A DNA stretch of 48,041 bases from a virus, in IMG/VR virus record IMGVR_UViG_3300028747_000001. One strand, written 5' to 3'. Below, piece by piece: positions 23,396 through 32,282 of the stretch. The notes beneath the pieces were generated by a model. It was not told the origin of the DNA, did no database searches, and was given only the letters and a program-made list of their open reading frames with translations. The position numbers and the translations under genes are program-made. Position 1 is the first letter of the stretch. The number at the start of each line of letters is the position of its first letter.

Positions 23396-24561
23396 TGGCC
23401 GACGCGAGTCCATACGCGTTGCGGTTGTCGCATGCCGCGTCGTGGGTTCGCTGCGCCGCATTCTCACGCATGAACCGCACGCCACAAGCGGCAATCATAG
23501 AGAATGCGGCGGACCACACGGTACGCGAAGAAGGGACCGCGATGCACGAAGCGGCGCATTGGATGTTCATGGGTCTTGATGTATCGAGCAGTGCCAAGAT
23601 GTCAAATGGTGTTGTGCTTGACGATGAAATGGTCGATGCAGCGCAATTTTATTTTGATACGGTGATGGGATATGACGATTCTCTGGCAGAGTGGGTCATC
23701 GAGCGTCAACTTGCTGCACCACGCATTCATGCTCAGTGCGGCGGCACGCCCGATGCGTTCGCGTTGTACGATGAACCGTTCGGTAATGTGCGCCCGGTTC
23801 ACATTCGAATCGTCGATTTCAAAGGAGGCTATCGTTTCGTAGACGTTTTTCTTAACTGGCAATTGATGGGCTATCTAGCTGCGATTTTGGATTATGCGCC
23901 GGGGTTTGACGAAAATGATACGGTTGTTGAGTTCGTCATCGTACAACCGCGCTGTTACCATCGTGACGGTCCGGTTCGTACGTTTCGTACAACTGTTGGC
24001 GAATGCCGCGACCATATCAATGCGTTGCATCACGCGGCTGCTATTGCGATGGGTGACTATGCGCAGGCTGTGTCAGGCCCGCAATGTGGCGATTGCGCCG
24101 GTCGGGCATCGTGCAGTGTTGCGCATGCTGCCGCAGGGCGAGCGCTTGAAGTGGCTGGCGAACCTGACGTTTATGATTTGCCGGTCAACGCCCTTGATTA
24201 TGAAATGCAACGCATCGAGCAGGCACAAGCTATCTTGCAGGCACGGTTGACCGGGTTGCAGGCGCAGGCTTCATATCTCATCCGCAAGGGTGCGGTGTTA
24301 CCTCACTATGCACTCGAATCGGGTCAGGGTCGGTTGATGTGGCTCGATGAAAACGCAGAGCAGGCAGCGCTTACGATGGGCGACCTGATGGGCGCAGACT
24401 TGCGCAAACCTGCACGGGCTATCACGCCGCTGCAGGCGCTTCACAAGATGCCAAAAGAGTTGATTGAGCAATACGCGCAACGTCGGCGCGGTGAAGTAAA
24501 GTTGGTTCGCTTTGACAGCAATGCAGCGGTTAAAGCTTTTTCTCATTTGAAGAAGGATTAA
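23395..24561 (+). CDS. PD-(D/E)xK exonuclease, DUF2800/Cas4-like with a C-terminal Cys cluster
   Basis: LSHAASWVRCAA..., VDFKGGY...NWQLMGY, GPQCGDCAGRASC. Sits directly upstream of the SSB-like and polymerase-like genes (24565-27573). Confidence 0.7.
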   Translation: MADASPYALRLSHAASWVRCAAFSRMNRTPQAAIIENAADHTVREEGTAMHEAAHWMFMGLDVSSSAKMSNGVVLDDEMVDAAQFYFDTVMGYDDSLAEWVIERQLAAPRIHAQCGGTPDAFALYDEPFGNVRPVHIRIVDFKGGYRFVDVFLNWQLMGYLAAILDYAPGFDENDTVVEFVIVQPRCYHRDGPVRTFRTTVGECRDHINALHHAAAIAMGDYAQAVSGPQCGDCAGRASCSVAHAAAGRALEVAGEPDVYDLPVNALDYEMQRIEQAQAILQARLTGLQAQASYLIRKGAVLPHYALESGQGRLMWLDENAEQAALTMGDLMGADLRKPARAITPLQALHKMPKELIEQYAQRRRGEVKLVRFDSNAAVKAFSHLKKD

Positions 24562-24564
24562 ACA

Positions 24565-25617
24565 ATGGCAAAGGTTCAGTTCACAAGCCCCGTTGGTCGC
24601 ATCGTATTCGGTTCGGTATGGGATGGGTCGACCACCGATTCCAAGGGTCAACCGCGCGTCATAAAAAGCGGTCCTAACAAGGGTCAACCCGCTACGCAAT
24701 GGTCATTCGGCGTGGCGTTCCCGAAGGTGCTGGCGAATAGTGCGCCGAACGCGGAGTTCAACACTTTCCGTGCGATGATTCTCGATGCGGGTCGCGCCGG
24801 TTATCCGCAGTTTTTCAACGGCCCAATCGACCCGTTGACGGGTAAGCCAGGTATTACGCAAGGCGTCGTATTTGCCACCAAGATCAAGGATGGCGATGGT
24901 TTCGACACCAAGGGACAAGACAACAAGTTGAAAGAAGGTTGGGCCGGTCATTGGGTTGTTGTGTTTTCGAGCCAGTACGCGCCGCGTAATTTCGATCTGC
25001 AAATCGGGCTTGACCCGACGCAACAATTGCAGGACAAGACGCGCGTACTACCGGGCGATTATGTTGCGGTCTGCGGAACTGTTGACGCCAATGTCGGCGC
25101 GGAAACGCCCGGTGTGTACGTCAACGCCAACATGGTGTGTCTGGTCGGCGGCGGACCGCGCATTGTGAGTGGTCCAAAAGCGTCGGAAGCATTCAAGGGT
25201 GTCACGGCTGGTGCTTTGCCACCCGGTTGCGTGCCCGGTGCAAATCCGGCAAGCGTAGGGGCCGCTCCGTTGCCGCCCGCAACCGGTGTGCCCACGCCGC
25301 CTACACCCCCGACGCCACCTGTCGCCCACGATCCTATTGCGAAGGCAACCGCTGATGGATGGATAGTGCACCCGCAAGCACCGGGCTATCGGTACAAAGG
25401 TCAGGATGTCAAGACTGACGCAGAGGTTGCGGCGCTTTATCCGGCCCCTGCACCCGTACCGCCGACGCCACCTGTCGCACCCGTACCGCCAACGCCACCT
25501 GTCGCGGGTCCACAACTGACACCGGCAGCGTTGGCAGCAGGCTTTACGTCGTATCAGCAAGCTATCGGTAACGGTTGGGATGATACGATGTTGCGGCAAA
25601 GCGGTTATCTGGTCTAA
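24565..25617 (+). CDS. ssDNA-binding protein (T7 gp2.5-like/DUF2815-like) with a Pro/Thr-rich C-terminal extension
   Basis: The N-terminus MAKVQFTSPVGRIVFGSVW resembles gp2.5 MAKKIFTSALG.... Position in the module. Confidence 0.55.
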   Translation: MAKVQFTSPVGRIVFGSVWDGSTTDSKGQPRVIKSGPNKGQPATQWSFGVAFPKVLANSAPNAEFNTFRAMILDAGRAGYPQFFNGPIDPLTGKPGITQGVVFATKIKDGDGFDTKGQDNKLKEGWAGHWVVVFSSQYAPRNFDLQIGLDPTQQLQDKTRVLPGDYVAVCGTVDANVGAETPGVYVNANMVCLVGGGPRIVSGPKASEAFKGVTAGALPPGCVPGANPASVGAAPLPPATGVPTPPTPPTPPVAHDPIAKATADGWIVHPQAPGYRYKGQDVKTDAEVAALYPAPAPVPPTPPVAPVPPTPPVAGPQLTPAALAAGFTSYQQAIGNGWDDTMLRQSGYLV

Positions 25618-25637
25618 CCTGTAAATCGTCACAACGT

Positions 25638-25663
25638 AACGCCCGCGACGTGCGGGCGTTTTT
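25638..25663 (+). terminator. Rho-independent terminator/attenuator between SSB and polymerase
   Basis: Stem aacgcccgc/gcgggcgtt, then TTT. Confidence 0.65.
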
Positions 25664-25677
25664 CATGGATTGCCACA

Positions 25678-27573
25678 ATGACTAAACGCCCCATCGCTTT
25701 TTTCGATCTGGAAACGTACCGTAACTATTTCCTCTGCAAGTTTCTGTTACCGACCGATGAATACGTCGAGTTCGCTATGTTTCCGGGCCAACCGTTAAAT
25801 CGCGTGGGCGTGCTGCTAATGCTCGCTCGATACACGATTGTTGGTTTCAACAGCGGCAATTACGATTGCCCTATTCTGGCGCTCGCATTGACCGGCGCAG
25901 ACAATCAGGCACTCAAAGATGCTAACGATATGTTGTACGCGCGTGGCACGAAACCATGGGAGTTTTACCGCGCGTACAACATATCGATGCCCACATGTAC
26001 GGATCACATCGACATCATGGAAGTGTTGCCCGGTGTGCGCATCAGTCTTAAAGCCTATGCTGGCATCGCGCATTGCCCGACGATTCAGGATTTGCCGATT
26101 GACCCGTCACAAGATATCAGCCCCATCGAGCGCATTCGTCTGTCGACCTATTGCGGCAATGATTTGCGAGTTACGCGAAGGTTGTACGAAATCGCATGCG
26201 ATAAAGAATGGATACCGCTGCGCGAACATATCAGCGATGAAATCGGCATTGACGTACGCAGCAAGTCAGATGCACAGATATCCGAAGCAATCACACGTGC
26301 CAAGCTTGGATTCCGGCCGGAACCTATCCAACGACCTAGCGGTTATCAGTTCACATATCGCGTGCCGTCAAACATCAGCTTTCAGACCGAACAGTTGCAG
26401 GAAGCGCTACGCATTGTCGCGACGTCGCCTTTTACGGTGATGCACAAGGAAGAAGAAACCGACGAACTGGATAGCGACGGCAACAAGATCAAATCCGGTA
26501 TCAAGATGCATAAGGACATCGCGGCTATCCGCATCAAGATTGGCACCAGCGTTTATAAATTCGGCGCAGGCGGTCTGCATTCTCAGGAGTCCGGCGTATG
26601 GTACGAAACAACCGCGACGCATCAGATATGCGATAGCGATGTCGGTTCGTTTTATCCAAAGGTCATCATCAATCAGGAGCTTTACCCGGAACAGTGCGGA
26701 CCAGGACAGTTGATTATTTACAAGACAGTGTTTGTCGAGCGTATCGCTGCGAAACGCGCCGGTCGCAAGAAAGAAGGTAACAGCAAAAAGATTGTGTTGA
26801 ACGGATGGTTCGGCAAGCTTGGCAGCAAATACAGCATGGCCTATGCACCTGAATTATTGATGCAAGTAACGATCAGCGGGCAATTGATGTTGCTGATGCT
26901 TATCGAAGCGCTCGAACTGAGCGGTATCAGTGTCGTGTCGGCCAACACAGACGGTATCGTGACACGGTGCCCAACACCGCTCATACCGCGCCGCAATGTC
27001 ATCATGAAAGAGTGGGAACGCATTGTTGATATGGAACTGGAACACCAGGCGTACAAAGGCATTTACTTCCGCGACGTCAACAACTACTTTGCTATTACTG
27101 ACAAAGACGAAGTTAAGCGCAAAGGTATTTTCGTACACGCGGAAGTCGGCAGCGGCCCATCATCATCGAAAGCGCCACATCGGGAAATCTGTATGGATGC
27201 GGTCATCGCCTACGTCCAACACGGGGTGCCGCTCGATGAAACGATCTACAGGTGCCGCGATATCCGCAAGTTCGTATCATCGCGCACGGTTAAAGGGGGT
27301 GCTGTCAGACGGCTCTATGAAGGTACCGAGCATGAACCATTTGACCAGCAACAACCGGGTTCATATGAAGTGTTTGGCAAGGTTGTCCGATGGGCATACC
27401 GGCGCGACTATACCAGCGCTATCCATTACAAAACGAATGGCAATCAGGTTGCAGACAGCACCGGGGCATGGCCTTTGATGACGCTGCCGGATGCTGTACC
27501 TGACTGGATTGATTACGAATACTATGTGGCACATGCCCGCAAACTGTTGGACTCATTGAAGGTGACGCGATGA
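25678..27573 (+). CDS. DNA polymerase with an N-terminal 3'-5' exonuclease and B-family-like motifs
   Basis: Exonuclease motifs FDLETY, FNSGNYD, YCGND. Polymerase motifs DVGSFYPKVII (DxxSLYPS-like), KIVLNGWFGK (KxxxNSxYG-like), NTDG. Confidence 0.75.
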   Translation: MTKRPIAFFDLETYRNYFLCKFLLPTDEYVEFAMFPGQPLNRVGVLLMLARYTIVGFNSGNYDCPILALALTGADNQALKDANDMLYARGTKPWEFYRAYNISMPTCTDHIDIMEVLPGVRISLKAYAGIAHCPTIQDLPIDPSQDISPIERIRLSTYCGNDLRVTRRLYEIACDKEWIPLREHISDEIGIDVRSKSDAQISEAITRAKLGFRPEPIQRPSGYQFTYRVPSNISFQTEQLQEALRIVATSPFTVMHKEEETDELDSDGNKIKSGIKMHKDIAAIRIKIGTSVYKFGAGGLHSQESGVWYETTATHQICDSDVGSFYPKVIINQELYPEQCGPGQLIIYKTVFVERIAAKRAGRKKEGNSKKIVLNGWFGKLGSKYSMAYAPELLMQVTISGQLMLLMLIEALELSGISVVSANTDGIVTRCPTPLIPRRNVIMKEWERIVDMELEHQAYKGIYFRDVNNYFAITDKDEVKRKGIFVHAEVGSGPSSSKAPHREICMDAVIAYVQHGVPLDETIYRCRDIRKFVSSRTVKGGAVRRLYEGTEHEPFDQQQPGSYEVFGKVVRWAYRRDYTSAIHYKTNGNQVADSTGAWPLMTLPDAVPDWIDYEYYVAHARKLLDSLKVTR

Positions 27574-27746
27574 TTCACATTCACTTTGTGTTCTATGAGG
27601 ATGAGCCCGACCCTGACGAAATGCCGCTTGTGTACCGGATGGGCGTTGAGTCAACGATTGGTCAGGTTATACCGCAGCGGGTGTTTGATACGTTGGGGCG
27701 TTGTGCCTACATGCCAATGATCGCCAACGTTGTTTATTTGCATTGA
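27570..27746 (+). CDS. Unlisted 58-aa ORF coupled to the polymerase (MIHIHFVFYEDEPDPDEMPLVYRMG...)
   Basis: ATGA overlap with the polymerase stop. My own translation. Below the track's cut-off. Confidence 0.4.
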   Translation: MIHIHFVFYEDEPDPDEMPLVYRMGVESTIGQVIPQRVFDTLGRCAYMPMIANVVYLH

Positions 27747-27750
27747 TCGC

Positions 27751-27779
27751 TTGCAAACCGTTACTAACGGTTCTATACT
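27751..27779 (+). promoter_or_regulatory. Best copy of the conserved promoter cassette (perfect palindrome)
   Basis: TTGCAA-accgttactaacggttc-TATACT-ctgttca. The palindrome is at 27756-27772. Confidence 0.75.
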
Positions 27780-27815
27780 CTGTTCACGGTTAACGAAACA
27801 GCAAGGGGAAACGAA

Positions 27816-28046
27816 ATGAACGCAGATCGGCGCAAACGCTTAGAAAAAGCGCAAGAGTTGCTTGATGAAGCGCGCGGAATCATTGAAGAATGTCGCGACG
27901 AGGAACAGGAATATTACGACAACATGCCAGAAGGTTTTCAACAGGGCGAGAAGGGTCAACAGGCCGAAGCTGCGGCAAGCCAACTTGACGAATGCGTAAG
28001 CAATATTGACAGTGCGATTGACAATATTAACAACGCAAGCGAATAA
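27816..28046 (+). CDS. Strongly acidic 76-aa protein
   Basis: AAGGGGA SD. Many D/E residues against only 8 K/R by count. Own promoter and terminator. Confidence 0.7.
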   Translation: MNADRRKRLEKAQELLDEARGIIEECRDEEQEYYDNMPEGFQQGEKGQQAEAAASQLDECVSNIDSAIDNINNASE

Positions 28047-28063
28047 CCCAACCGCCCCAAGTG

Positions 28064-28090
28064 AAACGGCCCGCATCGAGCGGGCCGTTT
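28064..28090. terminator. Bidirectional terminator at the convergence of the plus operon and the late minus block
   Basis: 11-bp stem aaacggcccgc/gcgggccgttt with A/T flanks. Confidence 0.75.
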
Positions 28091-28091
28091 G

Positions 28092-28343
28092 TCATGTGGT
28101 GGCACTTACCTGCAAGGTCTGAGACTGCCAGAACGTCTGCAATCGTTGATAAAGCAGATTCAGTGATGCCAGCGGATTGTTACCGATTGCCACTGCGGCA
28201 CCGCCCGGTATCGTGTATGCGGTCGGATAGAACACCACGTACTTTTGCGACGTCGCCATGAACTGTGCGCACAGCGGATGTGCCTGAATTGCTGCGGTCG
28301 CGTCCGCCACGGTGGTGAAATTACTTGTTGATGTATCCGTCAT
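28092..28343 (-). CDS. Hypothetical protein (83 aa), last gene of the late block
   Basis: Start at MTDTSTS... with GGAG SD. Confidence 0.5.
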   Translation of the reverse strand: MTDTSTSNFTTVADATAAIQAHPLCAQFMATSQKYVVFYPTAYTIPGGAAVAIGNNPLASLNLLYQRLQTFWQSQTLQVSATT

Positions 28344-28848
28344 TCTGTAGCTCCGCCACATATGCCTGTAAAGCGCGCAACCGCGACGCTGTATCGTCTG
28401 CGCCGTCGACTACTGTGAAAGCGCTTGCAGCAACTGCTGGTGATAGGTCTGCGCTGGCGGCGGAATCATCAGTTGCGCTGGCGGCGGCGGTGCCTTTGCT
28501 GCCGGTGCTGGCAGGATGACAGGCGGTGACGTGGACGCGCACGCGGTTAGTACCATCAAGCAACTTAGCGCGCCAATCAAGATTATCTTTCGCATGATTT
28601 GCTACCTCTGTGTCGTATTGCTGTTCAAGGGATGCAACGCGACCCTCTGCTGCCTGACCCTTGGCAAGGGCGTCGGCCAGTTGCTTTGCAGATGCCGCAT
28701 TGATTTGTGCGATTTCGTCGGCGTTCAACTGCTTCTGATGCGCGAGCGCTGCACCATCAATCTTGTGTGTGATGGCAAACGATACGCCGCCGCCGATCAA
28801 CGCACCAACGATGGCAGCAACGGTACATAGTTCTAGTTCATTTGGCAT
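28321..28848 (-). CDS. Rz: i-spanin (Rz-like)
   Basis: N-terminal transmembrane segment, coiled-coil periplasmic domain, position after the endolysin, and an embedded lipoprotein ORF. Confidence 0.8.
   Translation of the reverse strand: MPNELELCTVAAIVGALIGGGVSFAITHKIDGAALAHQKQLNADEIAQINAASAKQLADALAKGQAAEGRVASLEQQYDTEVANHAKDNLDWRAKLLDGTNRVRVHVTACHPASTGSKGTAAASATDDSAASADLSPAVAASAFTVVDGADDTASRLRALQAYVAELQNDGYINK
28410..28595 (-). CDS. Rz1: o-spanin lipoprotein (Rz1-like), fully embedded in Rz in another frame
   Basis: MRKIILIGALSCLMVLTAC lipobox, with a Pro-rich mature part. Confidence 0.8.
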   Translation of the reverse strand: MRKIILIGALSCLMVLTACASTSPPVILPAPAAKAPPPPAQLMIPPPAQTYHQQLLQALSQ

Positions 28849-29348
28849 AGTGCGGTTTCCTGTTGACGTCTGATAACCTGCCCGTAACAGTCATTAGACC
28901 TGATACGGCAGTCACGGCCCCCGTCGTAAATCCAGCGGTTGATTTGTGCGCACGCTGCCTTACGGTCGCCTGCGTTCAGTTCTTTGAGGAAAGTGCTGGT
29001 AGAACACTTCCCCTGCCCGATGTTATACGCACAAAACGAAATGACCGCAGCACGTTCGGGTTCGGTGAGTGGAACCGTTACTATACGCTTTACTTCGTCG
29101 GCCGCTTCGTTCACCGCTGCCGCATCCATAGCTTTGCACTGTTGCGGCGTGAAACGGCTAGTTGCCTTGACACCGCGTGTGATACCCATACACGCGGTCC
29201 ACACACCGTTATCGTCCTGATACGCAACCAGCCTGTCAGCGCCTTCTTTCTCTGACAGGAATTGCGTAGCGATGGCAACGGCCGATGCTCCGGCCGCGAC
29301 AAGTGCCAGTACCTTACGGCTTAACGGACTGGTCATGTTGTTCCTCAT
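28833..29348 (-). CDS. SAR endolysin (GH24 T4-type lysozyme)
   Basis: Ala/Gly-rich N-terminal signal-anchor-release segment, then E-x8-D-x5-T (EKEGADRLVAYQDDNGVWT). Confidence 0.8.
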   Translation of the reverse strand: MRNNMTSPLSRKVLALVAAGASAVAIATQFLSEKEGADRLVAYQDDNGVWTACMGITRGVKATSRFTPQQCKAMDAAAVNEAADEVKRIVTVPLTEPERAAVISFCAYNIGQGKCSTSTFLKELNAGDRKAACAQINRWIYDGGRDCRIRSNDCYGQVIRRQQETALCQMN

Positions 29349-29598
29349 CTTCCTTTTCGTTGCGCCGTGAAATGCTACGCCAATGCCGCCAATCGTGATG
29401 AATCAGACCTGACCGCAACGCAATGAAATAGTCCGTAAGCCATGGCAGCGATTTGATGATCTGCAACGCCGAATAACTCGCTGCAAGAATGCCCGCCGCC
29501 GCCCCGATAGCGCCTGAATTTGGAACCATGCTTACCAACGTCCCCGATGTTACGGCAGTGACCTTTGCGGCACTTGCTGCCAAAGTTTCATTTTGCAT
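29314..29598 (-). CDS. Holin/pinholin candidate (94 aa)
   Basis: Two hydrophobic segments, a charged C-terminus, immediately upstream of the SAR endolysin. Confidence 0.65.
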   Translation of the reverse strand: MQNETLAASAAKVTAVTSGTLVSMVPNSGAIGAAAGILAASYSALQIIKSLPWLTDYFIALRSGLIHHDWRHWRSISRRNEKEDEEQHDQSVKP

Positions 29599-29613
29599 GA
29601 TAGGGCTTGTCCT

Positions 29614-31197
29614 TTATGCACGTTCGCGAATGATGACGATACCACCCATGCCGACACCGCCAGCAGCGTTAGTACCCGAACCGGTCGCGAGCGAGCCGCC
29701 GCTACCACCCGAACATGGTGACACTGCAGCTCTACCACCCGACGTACCGCTAACGGGGCTTGCACCTTCACCCCAAAACGATGCGCCGCCTTTACCGGAT
29801 AGAGGTGTAGCGGCATAGAATGCGCCTTGTCCATATCCGCCTACCGAATTGATTTGACCGCCTGAGCCAACGCCACCACCAACGCCACCAACAAACGAAT
29901 TTGTAGTGCCTAACACTGCGGCACCAAGTGTACCGCCTGTACCACCTGTTGCCAGAATTACTGCGCCAATTGACGACGTACCACCGTTGCCACCGTTAGC
30001 GCCAGTCCCAGCAGTGCCAGGTGCCCCAGCAGTAACGGTTTGTCCGCTCAGTGACGAGATTGGGAAAATGCCCCATGCGCGGCCTCCGGCACCGCCGCCG
30101 CTGCCCCCCGACACAGTACCTGCGGTAGTTGTTGACGCTGCGCCGCCGCCGCCAGCACCAGCGCCGCCGACTTCTGCCTCTGCTGTCGTTGCAAGCGCCG
30201 ACAACGGCGTGTACGTTGCGCTAGGTGCGTTGACAAACGCTGCACCGTTGACGGACCATTGCAGCACACCACCTGTACTCAACATATAAACAATCGTGTT
30301 GAGTACAGTTCCTGGCGACGGCGCGGGGTCGAGCAATACTAATGAAGTACCGTTGTATTCCACATCGCTCAGAAAGCCTGCGGACGGAATGCTTGCAGGT
30401 TCCAACGTGCCATTGCTATTGTATTGTTTGAGTGCAATCGCACCTAACCCATTGATGTTGAGCGTGTTAGAACCCGTCGTACCTGCCGCGTTGAACGACA
30501 CCCGGAATCGCTGATTGGCAGTGAGTGCAGTAATTGCTGGCACCGGTGTTAGCGTGAATGCCGGTGCCGTGCCAGCCGTTGCAAAGGCTGTCAACGTCTG
30601 TGCCTGAATCTGTTGTGCTTGTGGTGCTTGCGTCGCGGTGACTGCCGGGCCGACGTTGAACACCTGTGACGTTGAACCTGCAAGCAGCGCACGCAACGCG
30701 GTCTGCTGCGCAACTAGTAGGGGTGTCATAATGGATGCATTGTTGGTACCCGCACCAGCCTGTGCAGACGTCGCAATCGGATCGCACACGACTTGCCAGC
30801 CGGTCGTTGTACCCAACACGTCTGATGCTGATGGTGTATTGGCGTTGGCGGCGATAATACTGACGAACTTTTGAAACGGTGCGTTACCGCTTGCCGACCA
30901 AAGAACTTCCGCACCAAGGCCATATGAAATCGCCACACCGCCATTCTGTGATGCAAGAATGAATTCGGGCACGGTTTCAGTCTGCAACGCCTGCAATGCC
31001 GTCGTGATCTGCAACAACAGCCAGTTCATTGTTGACCGGTCAATTGGCAACGCGGCCGGGTCAGTCGCAAGATCACGCTGATAGTTAAAGTTCCATCCCT
31101 CTGTCATCGAGACAGTTCCACCTACCTGAAGCGGGTCGGGAATGCTCGTAACGTCACCAGCGAATCCAAACGGTACATCGAAATAATGTTGATTCAT
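29614..31197 (-). CDS. Tail fibre protein with a Gly-rich C-terminal region
   Basis: ATG (MNQHYFDVPF...) lies 2 nt after the upstream stop. The track start is a TTG. Position distal to the baseplate. Confidence 0.7.
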   Translation of the reverse strand: MNQHYFDVPFGFAGDVTSIPDPLQVGGTVSMTEGWNFNYQRDLATDPAALPIDRSTMNWLLLQITTALQALQTETVPEFILASQNGGVAISYGLGAEVLWSASGNAPFQKFVSIIAANANTPSASDVLGTTTGWQVVCDPIATSAQAGAGTNNASIMTPLLVAQQTALRALLAGSTSQVFNVGPAVTATQAPQAQQIQAQTLTAFATAGTAPAFTLTPVPAITALTANQRFRVSFNAAGTTGSNTLNINGLGAIALKQYNSNGTLEPASIPSAGFLSDVEYNGTSLVLLDPAPSPGTVLNTIVYMLSTGGVLQWSVNGAAFVNAPSATYTPLSALATTAEAEVGGAGAGGGGAASTTTAGTVSGGSGGGAGGRAWGIFPISSLSGQTVTAGAPGTAGTGANGGNGGTSSIGAVILATGGTGGTLGAAVLGTTNSFVGGVGGGVGSGGQINSVGGYGQGAFYAATPLSGKGGASFWGEGASPVSGTSGGRAAVSPCSGGSGGSLATGSGTNAAGGVGMGGIVIIRERA

Positions 31198-31199
31198 GT

Positions 31200-32282
31200 T
31201 TAATTTTCCGCCCAAAAGGTGCCGTTGTTAAAGTTCTGATTGAACGAACCGAACCCAAACGCGGGTCTAGTTGAAACGATATATTTCACGCCGACCGCTG
31301 CGGGGCGGGGCAGAACGTCAAAGTTTTCAAGAACAAATTGTAAAGCACTGTTCGGTGTGAATCCGAATACGTATGTGACGAACTCCATATTGTTGCCGTC
31401 AAGCACATACACGCTACCGTATTGACCAAGAATCGCCTTGATGCGGGCATTGATTTCCGGCACGGTGCAACGGCTGATGAGCTTGTAATACTGCAACTGC
31501 AACAGGATTCGTTTTTGATCGATGGTTAGACCGACCCCGGCTTGCGACGTGCCAAAGTTACCCTGATTGAAATTCATGCGACCATTACTAACCACGTTGT
31601 TCGCTTTGAGTTGCGGATTGAATATCGCAACTTCGCATGCACTGGTCGTTGACGACAGGATATTAAACGCAGTGTGCGCGGCCGACGTCGTACCGGTGAG
31701 GGTTACCGTAGTCCATGCTGATGTACTCAATGCGGGCCAGTTGCCTAACGTCGTACCGCCAACATCGCTTGCCAACGTGCCCTGCGTACCACTGATGAGT
31801 TTGGCCTTAAACGATAGCGCCACAGACCCGGCCGGGAGTCCAGCAGCGATAGGAGTCATTGCGACGTGCTTGGCGGCGCTGCCAGTCATCGTGACCGCTA
31901 CGGCCTGCGTTGCCCCGTTGGGGTCAGCTTGCCCCGTTGTAATCGTCGCAGCACCCGTTGCTACCCATGATGCGTTAGCATCAACCCGGTCAGTCAACAG
32001 TTCGGGGAAATCAAAGCCGAACTGAGGTCCGGTATTGGGTGCAACGATCAGCGACAACGGAATGCCAAGAATCTGCGCCCACACAGACAATCCGAACTCA
32101 TTGGCCGTTTCCAGATTGAAAACGTTAATACACCAGTCAGTCCAGAACTGTTCATGATTCGCGGCATACCAGTCCTGCTTTTGCTGCAATATCGATTGCA
32201 GATTGGCGGACTGGTTGTTACGCCATAGCAGCGCAGACAGAACATCGACGCTGAAATCGAAATCTTCAATACTGGTGCTCAT
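31200..32282 (-). CDS. Baseplate/tail-fibre-proximal protein (DUF2612-like position)
   Basis: ATGA-coupled to the baseplate J-like gene. Confidence 0.55.
   Translation of the reverse strand: MSTSIEDFDFSVDVLSALLWRNNQSANLQSILQQKQDWYAANHEQFWTDWCINVFNLETANEFGLSVWAQILGIPLSLIVAPNTGPQFGFDFPELLTDRVDANASWVATGAATITTGQADPNGATQAVAVTMTGSAAKHVAMTPIAAGLPAGSVALSFKAKLISGTQGTLASDVGGTTLGNWPALSTSAWTTVTLTGTTSAAHTAFNILSSTTSACEVAIFNPQLKANNVVSNGRMNFNQGNFGTSQAGVGLTIDQKRILLQLQYYKLISRCTVPEINARIKAILGQYGSVYVLDGNNMEFVTYVFGFTPNSALQFVLENFDVLPRPAAVGVKYIVSTRPAFGFGSFNQNFNNGTFWAEN

Noticed and set aside
29614-30300. The Gly-rich C-terminal region of the tail fibre as a diversity-generating retroelement target
   Set aside because: There is no reverse transcriptase gene and no template-repeat copy of this region elsewhere in the genome.
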